Shown one piece after another: positions 53,133-63,711 of a DNA stretch of 64,000 nt (positions within the stretch are counted from its first letter, which is position 1; each line of letters starts with the position of its first letter). The DNA comes from an uncultured delta proteobacterium (GTDB lineage Bacteria > Desulfobacterota > Binatia > UBA9968), in contig CAVYTU010000013.1 of assembly GCA_963771465.1 (NCBI GenBank), forward strand, positions 384,001 through 448,000. The letters are read 5' to 3'. The notes beneath the pieces were generated by a model that did not search any database, had not been told where the DNA came from, and saw only the letters and a program-made list of their open reading frames with translations. A program made the translations under genes and the position numbers.

Positions 53133-53525
53133 CTTCCACCAATCCCTTTCCATCGCAGCGACTGATAAGGGAAATTACTCAGAGTAAGAGGGTCTGTGGG
53201 GTAAAATGTGTCTCAATTTTGGATGATGTTTTTCCGCCGTATTCCCAAATGTCCGACCACTGTAACCCAATAATATTTTTTTATAGTTGATCCTTTCTTG
53301 CTAACGACCGACGCCGCGGTTCGTCAAACCGAACAAAGCAGAGTGGACTGCCAAAATGTATCCTCTACGAGGCGGGCGAGGGAAGTAAGCCGCGCGCAGG
53401 AGTGCAGAATGGGTTTGGGGCTTGATCGTCAGCGGGGCGATACTGGTGTCCCTTTTTTTCGTATTTAACTCACTATCGTTTTGCATCGTTAGCGAGTGAA
53501 ATTCAGCTAAAATTTAATATGGGGC

Positions 53526-53812
53526 TTGAACATTGGAAATCTCAACTTAATTTCCGCCGTGAAAATCCTGATTGAAATGTCTACCGAGCAATTCGACGAC
53601 TTCTTGAACAAGTGTCGGGATACATGGTTGCTCGAAGCCTCGATTTTAAAAAGAGGCGTACCGATCCTTCGGAAGATCGAAGGTGTCCACAACAGCGGAT
53701 CGCAATACTCTGTGAAGGACACCAGGCGCATAACCTCTTCGTCATAGCGCGATCGTTGAGCCTACCGGTAGCTGACGATATTAGGAAGGTGCTCAGCTCC
53801 TGCGACAGGTAG
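53526..53812 (+). pseudogene. Frameshifted distant member of the MAVLVKMP small-protein family
   Basis: ILIEMSTEQFDDFL..SILKRGV in one frame and IAILCE..A..L..A...VADDIRKVLS in another align with the two halves of the 59139 ORF. Confidence 0.45.
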
Positions 53813-54288
53813 GGCGGTCATTTTTTCTCTTGTTTTTTCTGGAAGCACCGGACTTCGACCTGCAAAGTCAGGTGTTGATTCAATCTGAAGTAAGAATAAT
53901 GAGCGTCAGCACGCTAGAAAATTATCCGTTTGAGTGCCTCGCGTTTCACCTGCTGCTGCCGTAGGGACTATTCTCTACATATCAACTCATCTGGCCTGGG
54001 AAACCCGCAATAAAAAAATCGTATCCCAGCCGGATACAACTGATGACCGGGTGCGGGTCATGGTTAACATCTTTTCCGCGGTCGTCCTCGGATACTTAGA
54101 AATCGACGATTGGACGCTGGCTGTTATTGTCAGCGATGGCGAGTCATGCCGTCATCCTTGTCTAATAGCGACCAACAATAGAAGCCTACCACCTGCGGCG
54201 GTAAAACTTCGGGTAACTCCCACGCAGTTGCCCCCCTTCATGGCGGATTTTATATAGCGGCTCGTCGCTTGCTCTACCTGATAGCTAA

Positions 54289-55479
54289 ATGAAAAATCCA
54301 CTAGAGTTAAGCGATGTCCAGGGCAGTAGCGGTCATAGCACCGGAACACTAAAACCTCTGATCTCCTTCGCGACCTTCGTTCTGATCATTGCATCCCTCT
54401 ATTGGGGGCAAGCTGTTCTGATTCCGGTCGCTCTGGCGATTTTGCTGACATTCTTGTTAAGTCCGGTTGCTGATACTCTGGAACGGATAGCCCTTAAACG
54501 ACTTCCTTCGGTCATCGTTGTCGTGATTCTTACATTTGCCATCCTGGGAGGAATCGGCTGGATCGTCACACTTCAATTTGTCAGCCTGGCTAACGAGCTG
54601 CCCAAATACAAAGGTAACATTAAGCAAAAAATAGCCGACGTGCGCGGTGCCGGTAAGGGGGGTGCCCTAGAAAAAGTCCAAAATACCGTTGAGGAAGTGA
54701 AGACCGAAATTCAGAAAAGTGACGAGCCCACAAAGGCCAAAGATCAGCGACGTCCAGTCATCGTGCAGCCTGTGGAATCTACTGCGTTTTGGCTCGATGA
54801 ATCGGCCGTCGGGCCGATGGTGGAGCCGCTCGCCCGCGCCGGCCTCGTGATTTTGTTGGTGATCCTAATGCTCATTCAGCGCGAAGACCTGCGCAACCGT
54901 TTGATCCGTCTCGTCGGCTATGGGAGTTTTACAGTTACGAATCAGGCGCTCGAAGAAGCGGGTCAGCGCATAAGCCGCTACTTGCTCATGCAGACCATCA
55001 TTAATTCCTCGTTCGGGTTAGCGGTGGGTTTCGCGCTTTATCTCATCGGTCTACCTTATGCCATTCTCTGGGGTTTTCTTGCTATGGTATTGCGTTTCGT
55101 TCCCTATATCGGACCTTTTGCTGCGGCGATCATGCCCAGTGCCCTCAGCCTGGCGGTTTTTGATGGTTGGTACTGGCCGATGGTCGTTGGTGGACTCTTT
55201 TTGGCGTTGGAACTTCTTATTAATATGGTTTTGGAGCCGCTGCTCTATAGCGAGAGTGCGGGCGTCTCGGGAGTCGGACTCGTAATTGCCGTTGCGTTCT
55301 GGACATGGCTTTGGGGGCCGGTTGGACTCGTCCTCGCCACCCCACTGACGGTCTGTGTTGTCGTGCTAGGCAAGTACGTACCCGGGATGGATTTCATAGG
55401 AGTGCTGATAGGCGATCGGTCGGCGAGGGATTCAACTGTAGTTGTTTTGGAAGAAATAGATCGGCCCCTGTTAGTTTAG
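54289..55479 (+). CDS. AI-2E family transporter (possibly C-terminally truncated)
   Basis: VLIPVALAILLTFLL.P, LRFVPYIGP, FWTWLWGPVGLVLATPLT. Confidence 0.88.
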   Translation: MKNPLELSDVQGSSGHSTGTLKPLISFATFVLIIASLYWGQAVLIPVALAILLTFLLSPVADTLERIALKRLPSVIVVVILTFAILGGIGWIVTLQFVSLANELPKYKGNIKQKIADVRGAGKGGALEKVQNTVEEVKTEIQKSDEPTKAKDQRRPVIVQPVESTAFWLDESAVGPMVEPLARAGLVILLVILMLIQREDLRNRLIRLVGYGSFTVTNQALEEAGQRISRYLLMQTIINSSFGLAVGFALYLIGLPYAILWGFLAMVLRFVPYIGPFAAAIMPSALSLAVFDGWYWPMVVGGLFLALELLINMVLEPLLYSESAGVSGVGLVIAVAFWTWLWGPVGLVLATPLTVCVVVLGKYVPGMDFIGVLIGDRSARDSTVVVLEEIDRPLLV

Positions 55480-55889
55480 GCGTGATTCCGCCGGCCCAGG
55501 CTGGAAAACAAATGAACACAAGTTGGAGGTGATCCTGGGCGTCTTGCGGGTCGAAGCGAAGACAGTTTTGGCGGCATACAAGTGGCCCCAGGCTAGTCGC
55601 TCATCGGCTTAGGCAAGAACGAACCTACCTCCGCTCCTCACCTGCTATGGTAGAAGAGCGCAAGCGCGAAACGAAATCGTTATCAATCAAGTGCTGTACG
55701 GCTGAATTCAAAACTCATATTTCCGCCGAACCTGCCGTGGCACTTTATCATCCTGGAGGTTACGACGCGTGATTGTGTTGATGGGATTTGGAAATTTGAT
55801 TTCGCCGACTGGGTTCAGCCATCAATTCCTCAATTATCGGTTGATAAACTGATTAAAGCTAGGAATGCGGAAGCTGATTGTCAAGCCGG

Positions 55890-55918
55890 TTGACAGTCGG
55901 GAAATCCGTACTTAGTTT
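55890..55918 (+). promoter_or_regulatory. sigma70-type promoter of hsp20
   Basis: TTGACA-17 nt-TAGTTT. Confidence 0.45.
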
Positions 55919-55960
55919 TCCCTCATCTTAATAAACACCCTTAAAAAAGGAGGGGCAATT

Positions 55961-56407
55961 ATGGAACTAGTAAGATGGGAACCGTTTGACGGCATGAGCC
56001 GGCTGCACAGCAGAATTAACGATCTATTCGATGAGAGCGTCGGGCGGGCACGCACGCTGCCGTCAGCGACCGCGGGTGCATGGCTACCGCCGGTGGACAT
56101 TCTCGAAAGCAAAGAGGCGTATCTGATTCGCGCTGAGTTACCGGGGATGAAAAAGGAAGATTTCAACTTGGAAGTCAACGACGGTACTTTGACGCTGAGC
56201 GGCGAGCGCAAATCCGAAGGCTTGAACAACGATGTCGAGTATCACCGAACCGAGCGGGTGCATGGCAGGTTTTCGCGATCCTTCTATCTGCCGCAGACCG
56301 TCAAGCAGGACGGTATCAAGGCCACCTATCGCGAGGGGATTTTGGAGATCCACGTGCCCAAAGTCGAGGAAGCGAAGCCTCGCCAAATCTCCATCAGCGT
56401 GAACTAA
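55961..56407 (+). CDS. Hsp20/alpha-crystallin small heat-shock protein
   Basis: W.PPVDI.E, AELPG, LTLSGER, GRFSRSF.LP, ATYREGILEI. Confidence 0.95.
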   Translation: MELVRWEPFDGMSRLHSRINDLFDESVGRARTLPSATAGAWLPPVDILESKEAYLIRAELPGMKKEDFNLEVNDGTLTLSGERKSEGLNNDVEYHRTERVHGRFSRSFYLPQTVKQDGIKATYREGILEIHVPKVEEAKPRQISISVN

Positions 56408-56431
56408 TCCGTCTGCACTAGAATTGGCGTC

Positions 56432-56461
56432 AAAAGGGGAAGCAAACCGCTTCCCCTTTTT
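56432..56461 (+). terminator. Intrinsic terminator (potentially bidirectional)
   Basis: aaaaggggaagc-aaacc-gcttccccttttt. Confidence 0.85.
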
Positions 56462-56623
56462 CATTTGCGTTCAACCGCGCCTCCTACGTACCTGATGGCG
56501 GCGCGTTGCGAAGTTATTGCGATTTTTCATTTGATCCCAATTGGGCGACACATTGCCGAAATGTTGTCGCATCAATCGGACGTATCCCGTATAGTTCGTT
56601 GCTTTCGAGGGCAGATTTCGCGC

Positions 56624-56638
56624 TGGCACGTCCTTTGT
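56624..56638 (+). promoter_or_regulatory. sigma54-like promoter (-12 GT variant)
   Basis: TGGCAC-GTCCT-TTGT, with tandem enhancer-like sites at 56533 and 56565. Confidence 0.5.
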
Positions 56639-56773
56639 ATCTTGTAGGTTCAAAAATAGTCAATAACTCCATTCAAAAACATCGTTGCGTTTCTCGGACA
56701 GATTATAGCGAAGCCGCAACCGTGGCGAAAATTCATCGGACCAAGGGCCGATATTTCGGCGCCTAAACATTCA

Positions 56774-57022
56774 ATGACATCATTTCAAAGATTTCGGCGC
56801 GTTGGCCACCACAACAATTCGGAAATGCCTAATAGCCAAAGGCTGCCAATCTGCCCCCGTTGTGACGGCGTCGCGGTGAGGCCGTCTCGTAGCTCGCCAG
56901 TAATTCGAGCGGTCTTCAGTTTGGTTTACCTTCAGCCCTTCCGTTGTCGGCAATGCGCCTATCGATTCTGGAGGATAAAAAGAACACTGCTGCCACAAAA
57001 TCCCTTCACACCGGTTAACTGA
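56774..57022 (+). CDS. Small zinc-ribbon protein
   Basis: CPRC..VRPSR..PFRCRQCAYRFW. Confidence 0.65.
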   Translation: MTSFQRFRRVGHHNNSEMPNSQRLPICPRCDGVAVRPSRSSPVIRAVFSLVYLQPFRCRQCAYRFWRIKRTLLPQNPFTPVN

Positions 57023-57218
57023 ATGTTGGCTGGCGCTACTTTGTGCGAAAGAGGAAGCCCGTAAAGTGGACTGGGATCATAGTACGTGTTGCTGCCATAA
57101 GACCTTTAATGGCAATTTAAGATTAGGATTCTCTGAGTTTTTGGAATGGCAAGACCGGGTAATAGAATTCAAGCCGCAGCATCGGATTTCCTATCGCGGC
57201 AAAAATCAAACTTAGGAC

Positions 57219-57458
57219 TTACCAAGTAGGCACAAGAAAAAGTTGATCATCATTTTCTAACTTAAATTTCTTGCCCGTTTTTAGGCATAGCGCATCATGT
57301 CCTCGAATCGCCAGAATCTGGGGTGGCACGGAACCGTCGGGGAAATACTCCCCAACAGTTTGCTTACGATCGGGACCAGCGTCGAGGTGGACCTTCATAA
57401 GAAGGGGATGTTCGCCCCGACAAAACACGCAATGAATGTAGACTTCGTATGTTGGCAT
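57219..57458 (-). CDS. Small Cys/His hypothetical protein
   Basis: C..C...H....C.KTG pattern. Confidence 0.55.
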   Translation of the reverse strand: MPTYEVYIHCVFCRGEHPLLMKVHLDAGPDRKQTVGEYFPDGSVPPQILAIRGHDALCLKTGKKFKLENDDQLFLVPTW

Positions 57459-57636
57459 GGACTTTTTCAGCGTTTGACCACGGACAGGATCGCTGCTGCC
57501 TTGATAGTGCTGTGGCGATCAACGCTCATTTCAGCTTACCAAAAGAATTTCGACCTAACCATCCGGTCAGTCAATTTAAGCCCACTACTTGAATGACCAA
57601 ATTCTTGGACGATAATAGAAATTAGTCGGAATCGTA

Positions 57637-57942
57637 TTGGATATGGACAGAGCGTTCGAATCGATCCATACCTTGTCTGAAGCGGACTTTCTCGCCGTTT
57701 ATGAAACTCGCCCAACTCTGCCTGAGAAGAGACTCATGTTTGCGATATTGCTGGATGCCGTCGAGTGCTTTCAACAATACGCAGGACACGAGGACAATCG
57801 TCTCTTCCTGGAAACAGAGGACTGGGTTTCTGAAGACGATCGTGGGTGGATTTTTTCATTTATCAACGTTTGCGAAGCTCTAGAAATCGACCCGCAGTAC
57901 TTGCGACAAGGTCTCTTGCATGGAAGGAAAAAAAGATCTTAG
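57637..57942 (+). CDS. Hypothetical protein (EKRLM.A.L.DA..WIFSF..VCE.L.ID family)
   Basis: Protein-like ORF; a decayed second copy lies at 62023. Confidence 0.65.
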   Translation: MDMDRAFESIHTLSEADFLAVYETRPTLPEKRLMFAILLDAVECFQQYAGHEDNRLFLETEDWVSEDDRGWIFSFINVCEALEIDPQYLRQGLLHGRKKRS

Positions 57943-58110
57943 AATCGGAATACCGCTAGTCAAAGATGGTCTACGCAAAATCGAACGAGGCCGGCAAAAA
58001 TTCGCCGATGCGTAATCTATTCGCACGCAGCTAAATAACTCGGCTCGCCAATGGTGGGAACTTGTTGATGGCGACGCTAATCACCAAGGCCCATACAAGG
58101 AGGTAAACCT

Positions 58111-58332
58111 ATGGAGTCGCTATTTGAAACGAAGGCTTCCGGCAACCTAGAGAAAGAACCAAATTTTCCCGATGAGTGGGTTGCTATTGCGGCGTACTAC
58201 AGCTGGAAGAATGATGGTCAACCGGAGGGAAAGGATGCTGATTACTGGGATAGGGCCCGAGCTGAGCTAATTCAGCTCTGGAGCGAAGGAAATCTCCCGA
58301 CAGGATGGCAGACCTCTGACGAAGAGCGCTAG
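58111..58332 (+). CDS. DUF2934-like small protein
   Basis: AAYYSW...GQPEG....W.RA..EL; RBS aaggagg. Confidence 0.75.
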   Translation: MESLFETKASGNLEKEPNFPDEWVAIAAYYSWKNDGQPEGKDADYWDRARAELIQLWSEGNLPTGWQTSDEER

Positions 58333-58380
58333 AAGTCACCGCATTTTCAAGAAAAAACATACCGATGCAGAAAGCGGAGA

Positions 58381-58417
58381 CGCGAAGGGACCGCCGTTTA
58401 ATGACAGTCCCTTCGCG
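58381..58417. terminator. Hairpin between convergent genes
   Basis: cgcgaagggac...gtcccttcgcg 11-bp stem. Confidence 0.55.
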
Positions 58418-58443
58418 CCGCGCGAAACCGTCAGGTTAAAAAC

Positions 58444-58770
58444 TTAGTCAGATTCATGAAGGCGATACCGTCGTTCAGAATGCCATCCGCCATCATTATC
58501 TCTATATAACTCTCTCCAGTCTCTGCGAACTTCTCTCCTCTGGTCGCGGATCTTCTGATCGTATTCACGGGCTTCGCGGAAATCGCCTTGGCGTAGCTCG
58601 CGATTACGTTGCATGGTTAATCGATCGAGCTGCTGCATGTCTTCGCGAAGTTCCTGACGCTCCCTCTTATTGCCGGGCGGGTCGAGGTCGGCGTGAGCAT
58701 GTCCCATTGGGATCGCCAGAGAAGCCGCCAACAGACCGATAGATAATGGAGCTAGTGATTTTTTTTTCAT
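58444..58770 (-). CDS. Secreted R/D/E-rich small protein
   Basis: Signal peptide ending AHA; RBS aggagg. Confidence 0.7.
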   Translation of the reverse strand: MKKKSLAPLSIGLLAASLAIPMGHAHADLDPPGNKRERQELREDMQQLDRLTMQRNRELRQGDFREAREYDQKIRDQRREVRRDWRELYRDNDGGWHSERRYRLHESD

Positions 58771-58803
58771 TGTCGTCCCCTCCTTTTCCTATAAGGAAGA
58801 AAC

Positions 58804-58818
58804 GCAATCACCGTACCA
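58804..58818 (-). promoter_or_regulatory. sigma54 promoter
   Basis: TGGTAC-GGTGA-TTGC. Confidence 0.7.
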
Positions 58819-59138
58819 AAATGTAAATGGCAGATAACTCTAAACTTCTCACATGCAAAAACTGAATTACGGAAGAGAAACTCTTGCAGATTTTTTGAGA
58901 ATTTCATTCGTCCCAATTGGGCGACAGCAGCGTGACGGGATTTAATGCTCTTGCCTTCGCCATGTTTCGCGTCAGTCGCCACGTTTTGTCGATCTGATCG
59001 CTCACGATGTTTGCCGTTGCCTGCTGTGCCTCCTCCTCAGTCGAGAGGCCGCCGAACTGTCGCGTGATTCGGACGCCCCTGTAAGTCCAAACTGGCAATT
59101 AGCCCTCTAGTGACTCCGCATTCTCTTAATGTCGATAT

Positions 59139-59399
59139 TCAAACCTCGCCAATCTCTTCGACGCCGCTTACGACGGATAACGCGTCCTCTATGTAGGGAG
59201 CAGCGCCGGGATAGAATTGGTATGCACGATCAAGGATAAGTTTCGCGTCCTCAATCTGGCAGAGTATTTCGACGATGGAAGAATCTCGCGTTCGCTCGAT
59301 TACGGAATTTTTCAGGATGGCATAGCCACGGCTGGGTAAGGGTAACCTACCGAGAAAACATCGATAGGTGTCTAACGGCATCTTTACGAGAACCGCCAT
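59139..59399 (-). CDS. MAVLVKMP-family small protein (N-terminal domain only)
   Basis: Close paralog of the N-terminal part of 60419. Confidence 0.7.
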   Translation of the reverse strand: MAVLVKMPLDTYRCFLGRLPLPSRGYAILKNSVIERTRDSSIVEILCQIEDAKLILDRAYQFYPGAAPYIEDALSVVSGVEEIGEV

Positions 59400-59685
59400 A
59401 GCTAAATTGTATTACGAGGAAATGGGCAATCAACGGGTAGGCGAAAATAAACATGTATTTCGTGCCATCATCTGATGGCCCTGAGTATACGCTCGACCCC
59501 GCCAATTTGCTTTTGCCGACCCTCAAGCCTAAGGCAACTATCAAGTAAAAAGTCTTCGGCTGGACGCGCGAGCTGGAGGCGCTTTTCAACGTTCCGATTT
59601 CGCCGGTTACATCGATGTCGCCGTCACGTTCAATCCTGGTCCCGGTTGGCGGCCATTTAACAAATGGGCAATTACGGAGCTGCAT
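59347..59685 (-). CDS. Hypothetical protein (WPP..GEIGTL), possibly degraded
   Basis: ATG-initiated ORF; only the N-terminal half looks protein-like. Confidence 0.35.
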   Translation of the reverse strand: MQLRNCPFVKWPPTGTRIERDGDIDVTGEIGTLKSASSSRVQPKTFYLIVALGLRVGKSKLAGSSVYSGPSDDGTKYMFIFAYPLIAHFLVIQFSYGGSRKDAVRHLSMFSR

Positions 59686-60030
59686 TACTGGGGGTTCGAG
59701 CTCCTAGTCCTGTGGCCCCGGTAAGGACAAGAACCGGACGGTCAGTAGATGGGCGGACGTTGGGGCGAGCTCTTACATGGGCCGGTTTGTGTGTGACCTC
59801 GCCGAGACTAAGGGAAATCGTATCAAGGATCAGTAAAGCCCCGGTGTTCAGCAAAGAGTGAGTCCGTTAAACTTGCAACCCTGAGTTATAGTGATAGATC
59901 AGAAAAAAAGGTTGTTTAAATTTCCCAGCGACCATGCTGGATGGTCGGATCAGATCGGGCCACGGCAGGAACTCCTTTCTGTGCTAGGTTCGCACTGAGA
60001 GAACTCTCAAGATGTAGTTGGCGTTGGCTA

Positions 60031-60366
60031 ATGAAGTTCACGTACACAAACTGTGATGCTGAAATCAAAGCCATCTTTGCTGCACGGCCTCGCAAAGACT
60101 TTACACCCGTCGTTACAATAACTGGCTCCCAAGGTTTGAGAACGTTGATTCTCACCTCGCTGTATTTCTCAACCCGCGAGCAAGCCGAGCTTTACGGTAT
60201 GGTACTAACTCGGAAGTGGATTAAAGAGAACTCCGCCGAGATGCGGCGTAAAAGGACATTGGTCGAGGCAGCCGACCCGGCAGCAAACGTAAGAGCCAAA
60301 GCGCGCCGCAAGGATCGAGCCCCATCGCAAAACGCCATGATAGCCGCGCGCCCACCTTCCATCTAA
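60031..60366 (+). CDS. Hypothetical protein
   Basis: F.TREQAELYG...RKWI pattern; ATG at 60031. Confidence 0.45.
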   Translation: MKFTYTNCDAEIKAIFAARPRKDFTPVVTITGSQGLRTLILTSLYFSTREQAELYGMVLTRKWIKENSAEMRRKRTLVEAADPAANVRAKARRKDRAPSQNAMIAARPPSI

Positions 60367-60418
60367 CTACTACCCAGGCCAGACCTGAGCATCAGGCGAT
60401 AGGGAAATGAAATGAGGC

Positions 60419-60817
60419 TTAGATTTCCCCAAGCTGTTTTTTGACGATGCATTCATTACAGATCGTGGAATTATCCGGCGCGTCTTGGGTCGACACGTAA
60501 TCGTCCATCGGCCACTGAGAGCAATCCGAACAGAGGTGCCAAGTATCGCCAGTTCTGGTTTTTCGATATTCGCCGCTGATTACCGAGCTTAGCGCTTTCT
60601 CTAAGTAAGGAGCAGCGAGGGGATAGAATCGGTTTGCGCGTTCAAGGATGAGGTTCACATCGTCGATTCGGCAGAACACCTCTACGATGGAGTAATTATC
60701 AGTGAGCCTTCGCTCGATTATAGAATTTTTCAGGACGGCGTATCCACGGCTGGATAAAGGGAACCTACCCAGAAAACCTAGATAGGTATCTAACGGCATC
60801 TTTACCAGAACCGCCAT
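60419..60817 (-). CDS. MAVLVKMP-family protein fused to a WHxCxxC..CxEC domain
   Basis: Paralogs at 59139, 63712 and 8441. Confidence 0.75.
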   Translation of the reverse strand: MAVLVKMPLDTYLGFLGRFPLSSRGYAVLKNSIIERRLTDNYSIVEVFCRIDDVNLILERANRFYPLAAPYLEKALSSVISGEYRKTRTGDTWHLCSDCSQWPMDDYVSTQDAPDNSTICNECIVKKQLGEI

Positions 60818-60993
60818 AACCAAAAACCATATTTAGGTCACGTTTGGAGAGCTTTTAATTTCCAGCTCGCCCGCGGACGCATTTGCCGAGCTGCTCATAA
60901 AAAAAAGTGTTCATTACGCAGGAGAAGTGCTTGTAGAACTCGCCGAAGAGAGCGAGTTGCATACAAGCCCTTCTCAAGCATCAACACACTAGG

Positions 60994-61548
60994 CTAGGGT
61001 TTAGGTTGGCTCGGTGCTCCGCCCCATGTAAAACCGATGCCTAAATTGATCACATGATTGCCACTGCTGGAGTTGTTGTCGATGGCTTCAATACGATTGA
61101 AAAACCATTCATAACGATAACCGATATTCAAAAACGTGCGGTCGTGCACGAAGAACTTGGCGCCCACTTGCGGTCCTAGGGTGCCGGTAGCGTCGCGGTC
61201 GTTCCACACCAAACCCATGAACCCACCCACGTATGGAACAATGATGTCGGTTACGTGAAAATGATAATTGAAGAAAGGCGTGGTGCTAGCAAGCCAGAAA
61301 TCGCGACTATCGTCGATAAAATTGTAGTTCAACCCTTGTCGTATTCCGATCTGCCAACCCGGCGTTAAGTAGTAACCATAGCCCAAATCGAGGTTCAGAC
61401 TTCCACTGTCGGAACCCTGCGCATGAAACAAACCCCCCGAAAGCTGCCACTCGCTCGCGCCGTCAGTGGGCGCGGCAATCGCTGGTGCGTCACTTAACAA
61501 CCACCCGGTCAATATTGCCGTCGCAAATAATCTCACCACGTTTCGCAT
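60994..61548 (-). CDS. Outer-membrane beta-barrel protein
   Basis: Signal peptide; alternating aromatic strands, VPYVGG, NIGYRY, NLGIGF; RBS aggagg. Confidence 0.75.
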   Translation of the reverse strand: MRNVVRLFATAILTGWLLSDAPAIAAPTDGASEWQLSGGLFHAQGSDSGSLNLDLGYGYYLTPGWQIGIRQGLNYNFIDDSRDFWLASTTPFFNYHFHVTDIIVPYVGGFMGLVWNDRDATGTLGPQVGAKFFVHDRTFLNIGYRYEWFFNRIEAIDNNSSSGNHVINLGIGFTWGGAPSQPKP

Positions 61549-61631
61549 ATGGAAAAACCTCCTACTAACAATTTTTTGTTCCAGTTCGTTCACGGACTCC
61601 ACAGTTAGTTTCGTCCTAGCCGAGAACATGA

Positions 61632-61646
61632 GCAATTTAATGGCCA
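61632..61646 (-). promoter_or_regulatory. sigma54 promoter
   Basis: TGGCCA-TTAAA-TTGC. Confidence 0.65.
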
Positions 61647-62022
61647 GTCGCCATAAAAAACGTTTTGCCCGCCGCTAAATTCTACTCTTCAGACTCGTCC
61701 CCGCAGAACTCGACCGCTACCCAGGTGGCGACAATTACGATCACTAGAGTCCAAAGTGAAATGTTCCATTTCAATTGCCTCCAGTACAACTCATCATCGT
61801 AAGATTCATCCCAGTGCATTGCGGGCACATTACTAACTACCCTAAGTCGTACTACGCCTGCTCTTCCCACCACCGCCAGACAAAGAAGCCGCTATGGACG
61901 ATCAATGGTAGCGCTCGCTGACCTTCGAAAGTTGCCGCGTTAATTGATAGGCAATGTCGTTTACGGATGACGCAAAACTAGCGCCATTAATTAGGCATTA
62001 GAAAAAATTATCTAATAAGATG

Positions 62023-62140
62023 ACGCAGGACACGAGGACAATCGTCTCTTTAAAGAACGGAGGAATGGATTTTTTCAAGACGCCGTAGATATAGATGCGC
62101 AGTATTTGCGAAAAGATTTTCTTGCACTGGAGGGAAAAGA
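62023..62140 (+). pseudogene. Decayed fragment of a 57637 paralog
   Basis: 28-bp identity with 57779-57806, then gapped similarity (tggatttt, cgcagta.ttgcga). Confidence 0.6.
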
Positions 62141-62701
62141 AAATTTCAGGAAGCCGTTACTGCGAGCCAATGTGAACCCCATCCAATGCGGTTTTCGTCC
62201 TAACGGCGGGACACCCAAGATGTTGTTATGTTGCAAAATTGCGACACATCGAAGAGCCAAACCCGATAAAAGATTCAGACGTTGTCCTGATTTTCTCTGC
62301 TGTTGGCTCGATTCTCATACTTGCAACATCATGCTGATTTCATGGATTCAGATTTGCTCCTACTTTTTTGCCCAGTCACATAGCGCTAATGCCCAGAGGA
62401 GTTGCAACAATGATATTCTCCCTCCGAAATTATCCTCGGTTCGGCCCAGCCTGGTTGTCGATTCTCGGCTTAGTTACCATTCTTCACAGCACCCCATCGC
62501 AGGCTTATCCGGTCCTCGTCGAGCATTAAGGCTATTACCATGGCGGCCCTTCAGTTTGAGATTTTGCCTTCCGACTGGCCAAATAAATCTTCTAAGCCAA
62601 TGACCGCGATATGGCCGGAGAGGTAGTTGACCGCGGCGGACGGATCTTTTTACGGTGCAGCTCACAATCGAACATAGGACAGACGCAAATAGGATATCTC
62701 T

Positions 62702-62962
62702 ATGACAATCAGAGAACACGCCAGAGAATGGCCGCCCCAAGTAACTGGCGGAGGCGGAGACGCGGCAATTGCTGATCCAACCGATAAGCTTCTGAACGCG
62801 CAGCGACACGCGGGAGTGATTACTCTCAAACTCCGTAAAAAAGACGGGATCGAATACACAATGGTTTTGGTTCTCCCGTCACATCTATACGGAATGGCGA
62901 TTGTCGCGATCGTGCTTGCGAAAGAGCTAACCCTCGGAGAACTCGGCGAGCTGGGCTTTTAG
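62702..62962 (+). CDS. Hypothetical protein
   Basis: ATG with agga upstream; WPP motif; ends TLGELGEL. Confidence 0.5.
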   Translation: MTIREHAREWPPQVTGGGGDAAIADPTDKLLNAQRHAGVITLKLRKKDGIEYTMVLVLPSHLYGMAIVAIVLAKELTLGELGELGF

Positions 62963-63296
62963 CGAACTCCCTCAGGCGGCATGTCTCTGAAAATGACTCC
63001 AATGGCTAGCTCGTAGTATAAAAATGTCTCATCTTCGCCTCTGGAATTGAGCCAAGCTAATAAACATTGGAAACCCATGGGCTCCCGCCGATCACGGTTG
63101 ATATCAGTCATCTACAAAATTAGGTGTTAAGCGGAAGTGAGTCAGGTGTGGGCCAAAGGGTACTGCGCCGCTGTGGTTATAGTCGCGCTTGGATTGATCT
63201 CGCCTCGATCAATCGTTCTGATTAAAAAAATCACTCGACGCCAGGGAAAGAAAAGTACTACACGGACGATCAGCAAAACAGTGAGGGTCAAGGCAA

Positions 63297-63524
63297 ATGC
63301 GGACAAGGAACACAAAACCTCCTGCGGAGAGAAAAGAGCCACCGTCACCGAGAAAATCTCCCGTGAGGGAGCCCAAGACGCCGAAGAAGCCCATCGGCGA
63401 TCCGCCATCAAAGAAACCGCCAAAACGAGTTACGCCCACCAAGGAAAATACCAGCTTCCAGGAAAGGCCATTCGACGAGTTCCGTACTCCTGAAAAGAAA
63501 CTTCTGTCTAATAGCACAAGTTGA
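63297..63524 (+). CDS. Small Pro/Lys-rich hypothetical protein
   Basis: KEPP..PVREP..PIGDPP pattern. Confidence 0.4.
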   Translation: MRTRNTKPPAERKEPPSPRKSPVREPKTPKKPIGDPPSKKPPKRVTPTKENTSFQERPFDEFRTPEKKLLSNSTS

Positions 63525-63711
63525 CTCGCCGGTGTCCGTGAGACGCGTTCGTCGGCACTTATTCAAACGCTACATCTCGCGCATCAGACTACGCAGGCTT
63601 CACCGCTTTTGGCAAAACCTTGGGGTCCGGTAGATGTGGAAATAGTACGCGGGAAAGAAAGATGGTTGCGCCGCCTGACATGTGTCTCGCCGAATTGGGA
63701 ATGAATTACGC

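Noticed and set aside
55800-55960. CIRCE operator or sigma54 promoter for hsp20
   Set aside because: No TTAGCACTC-N9-GAGTGCTAA or convincing -24/-12 box; only a sigma70-like promoter, so hsp20 may lie outside the regulon
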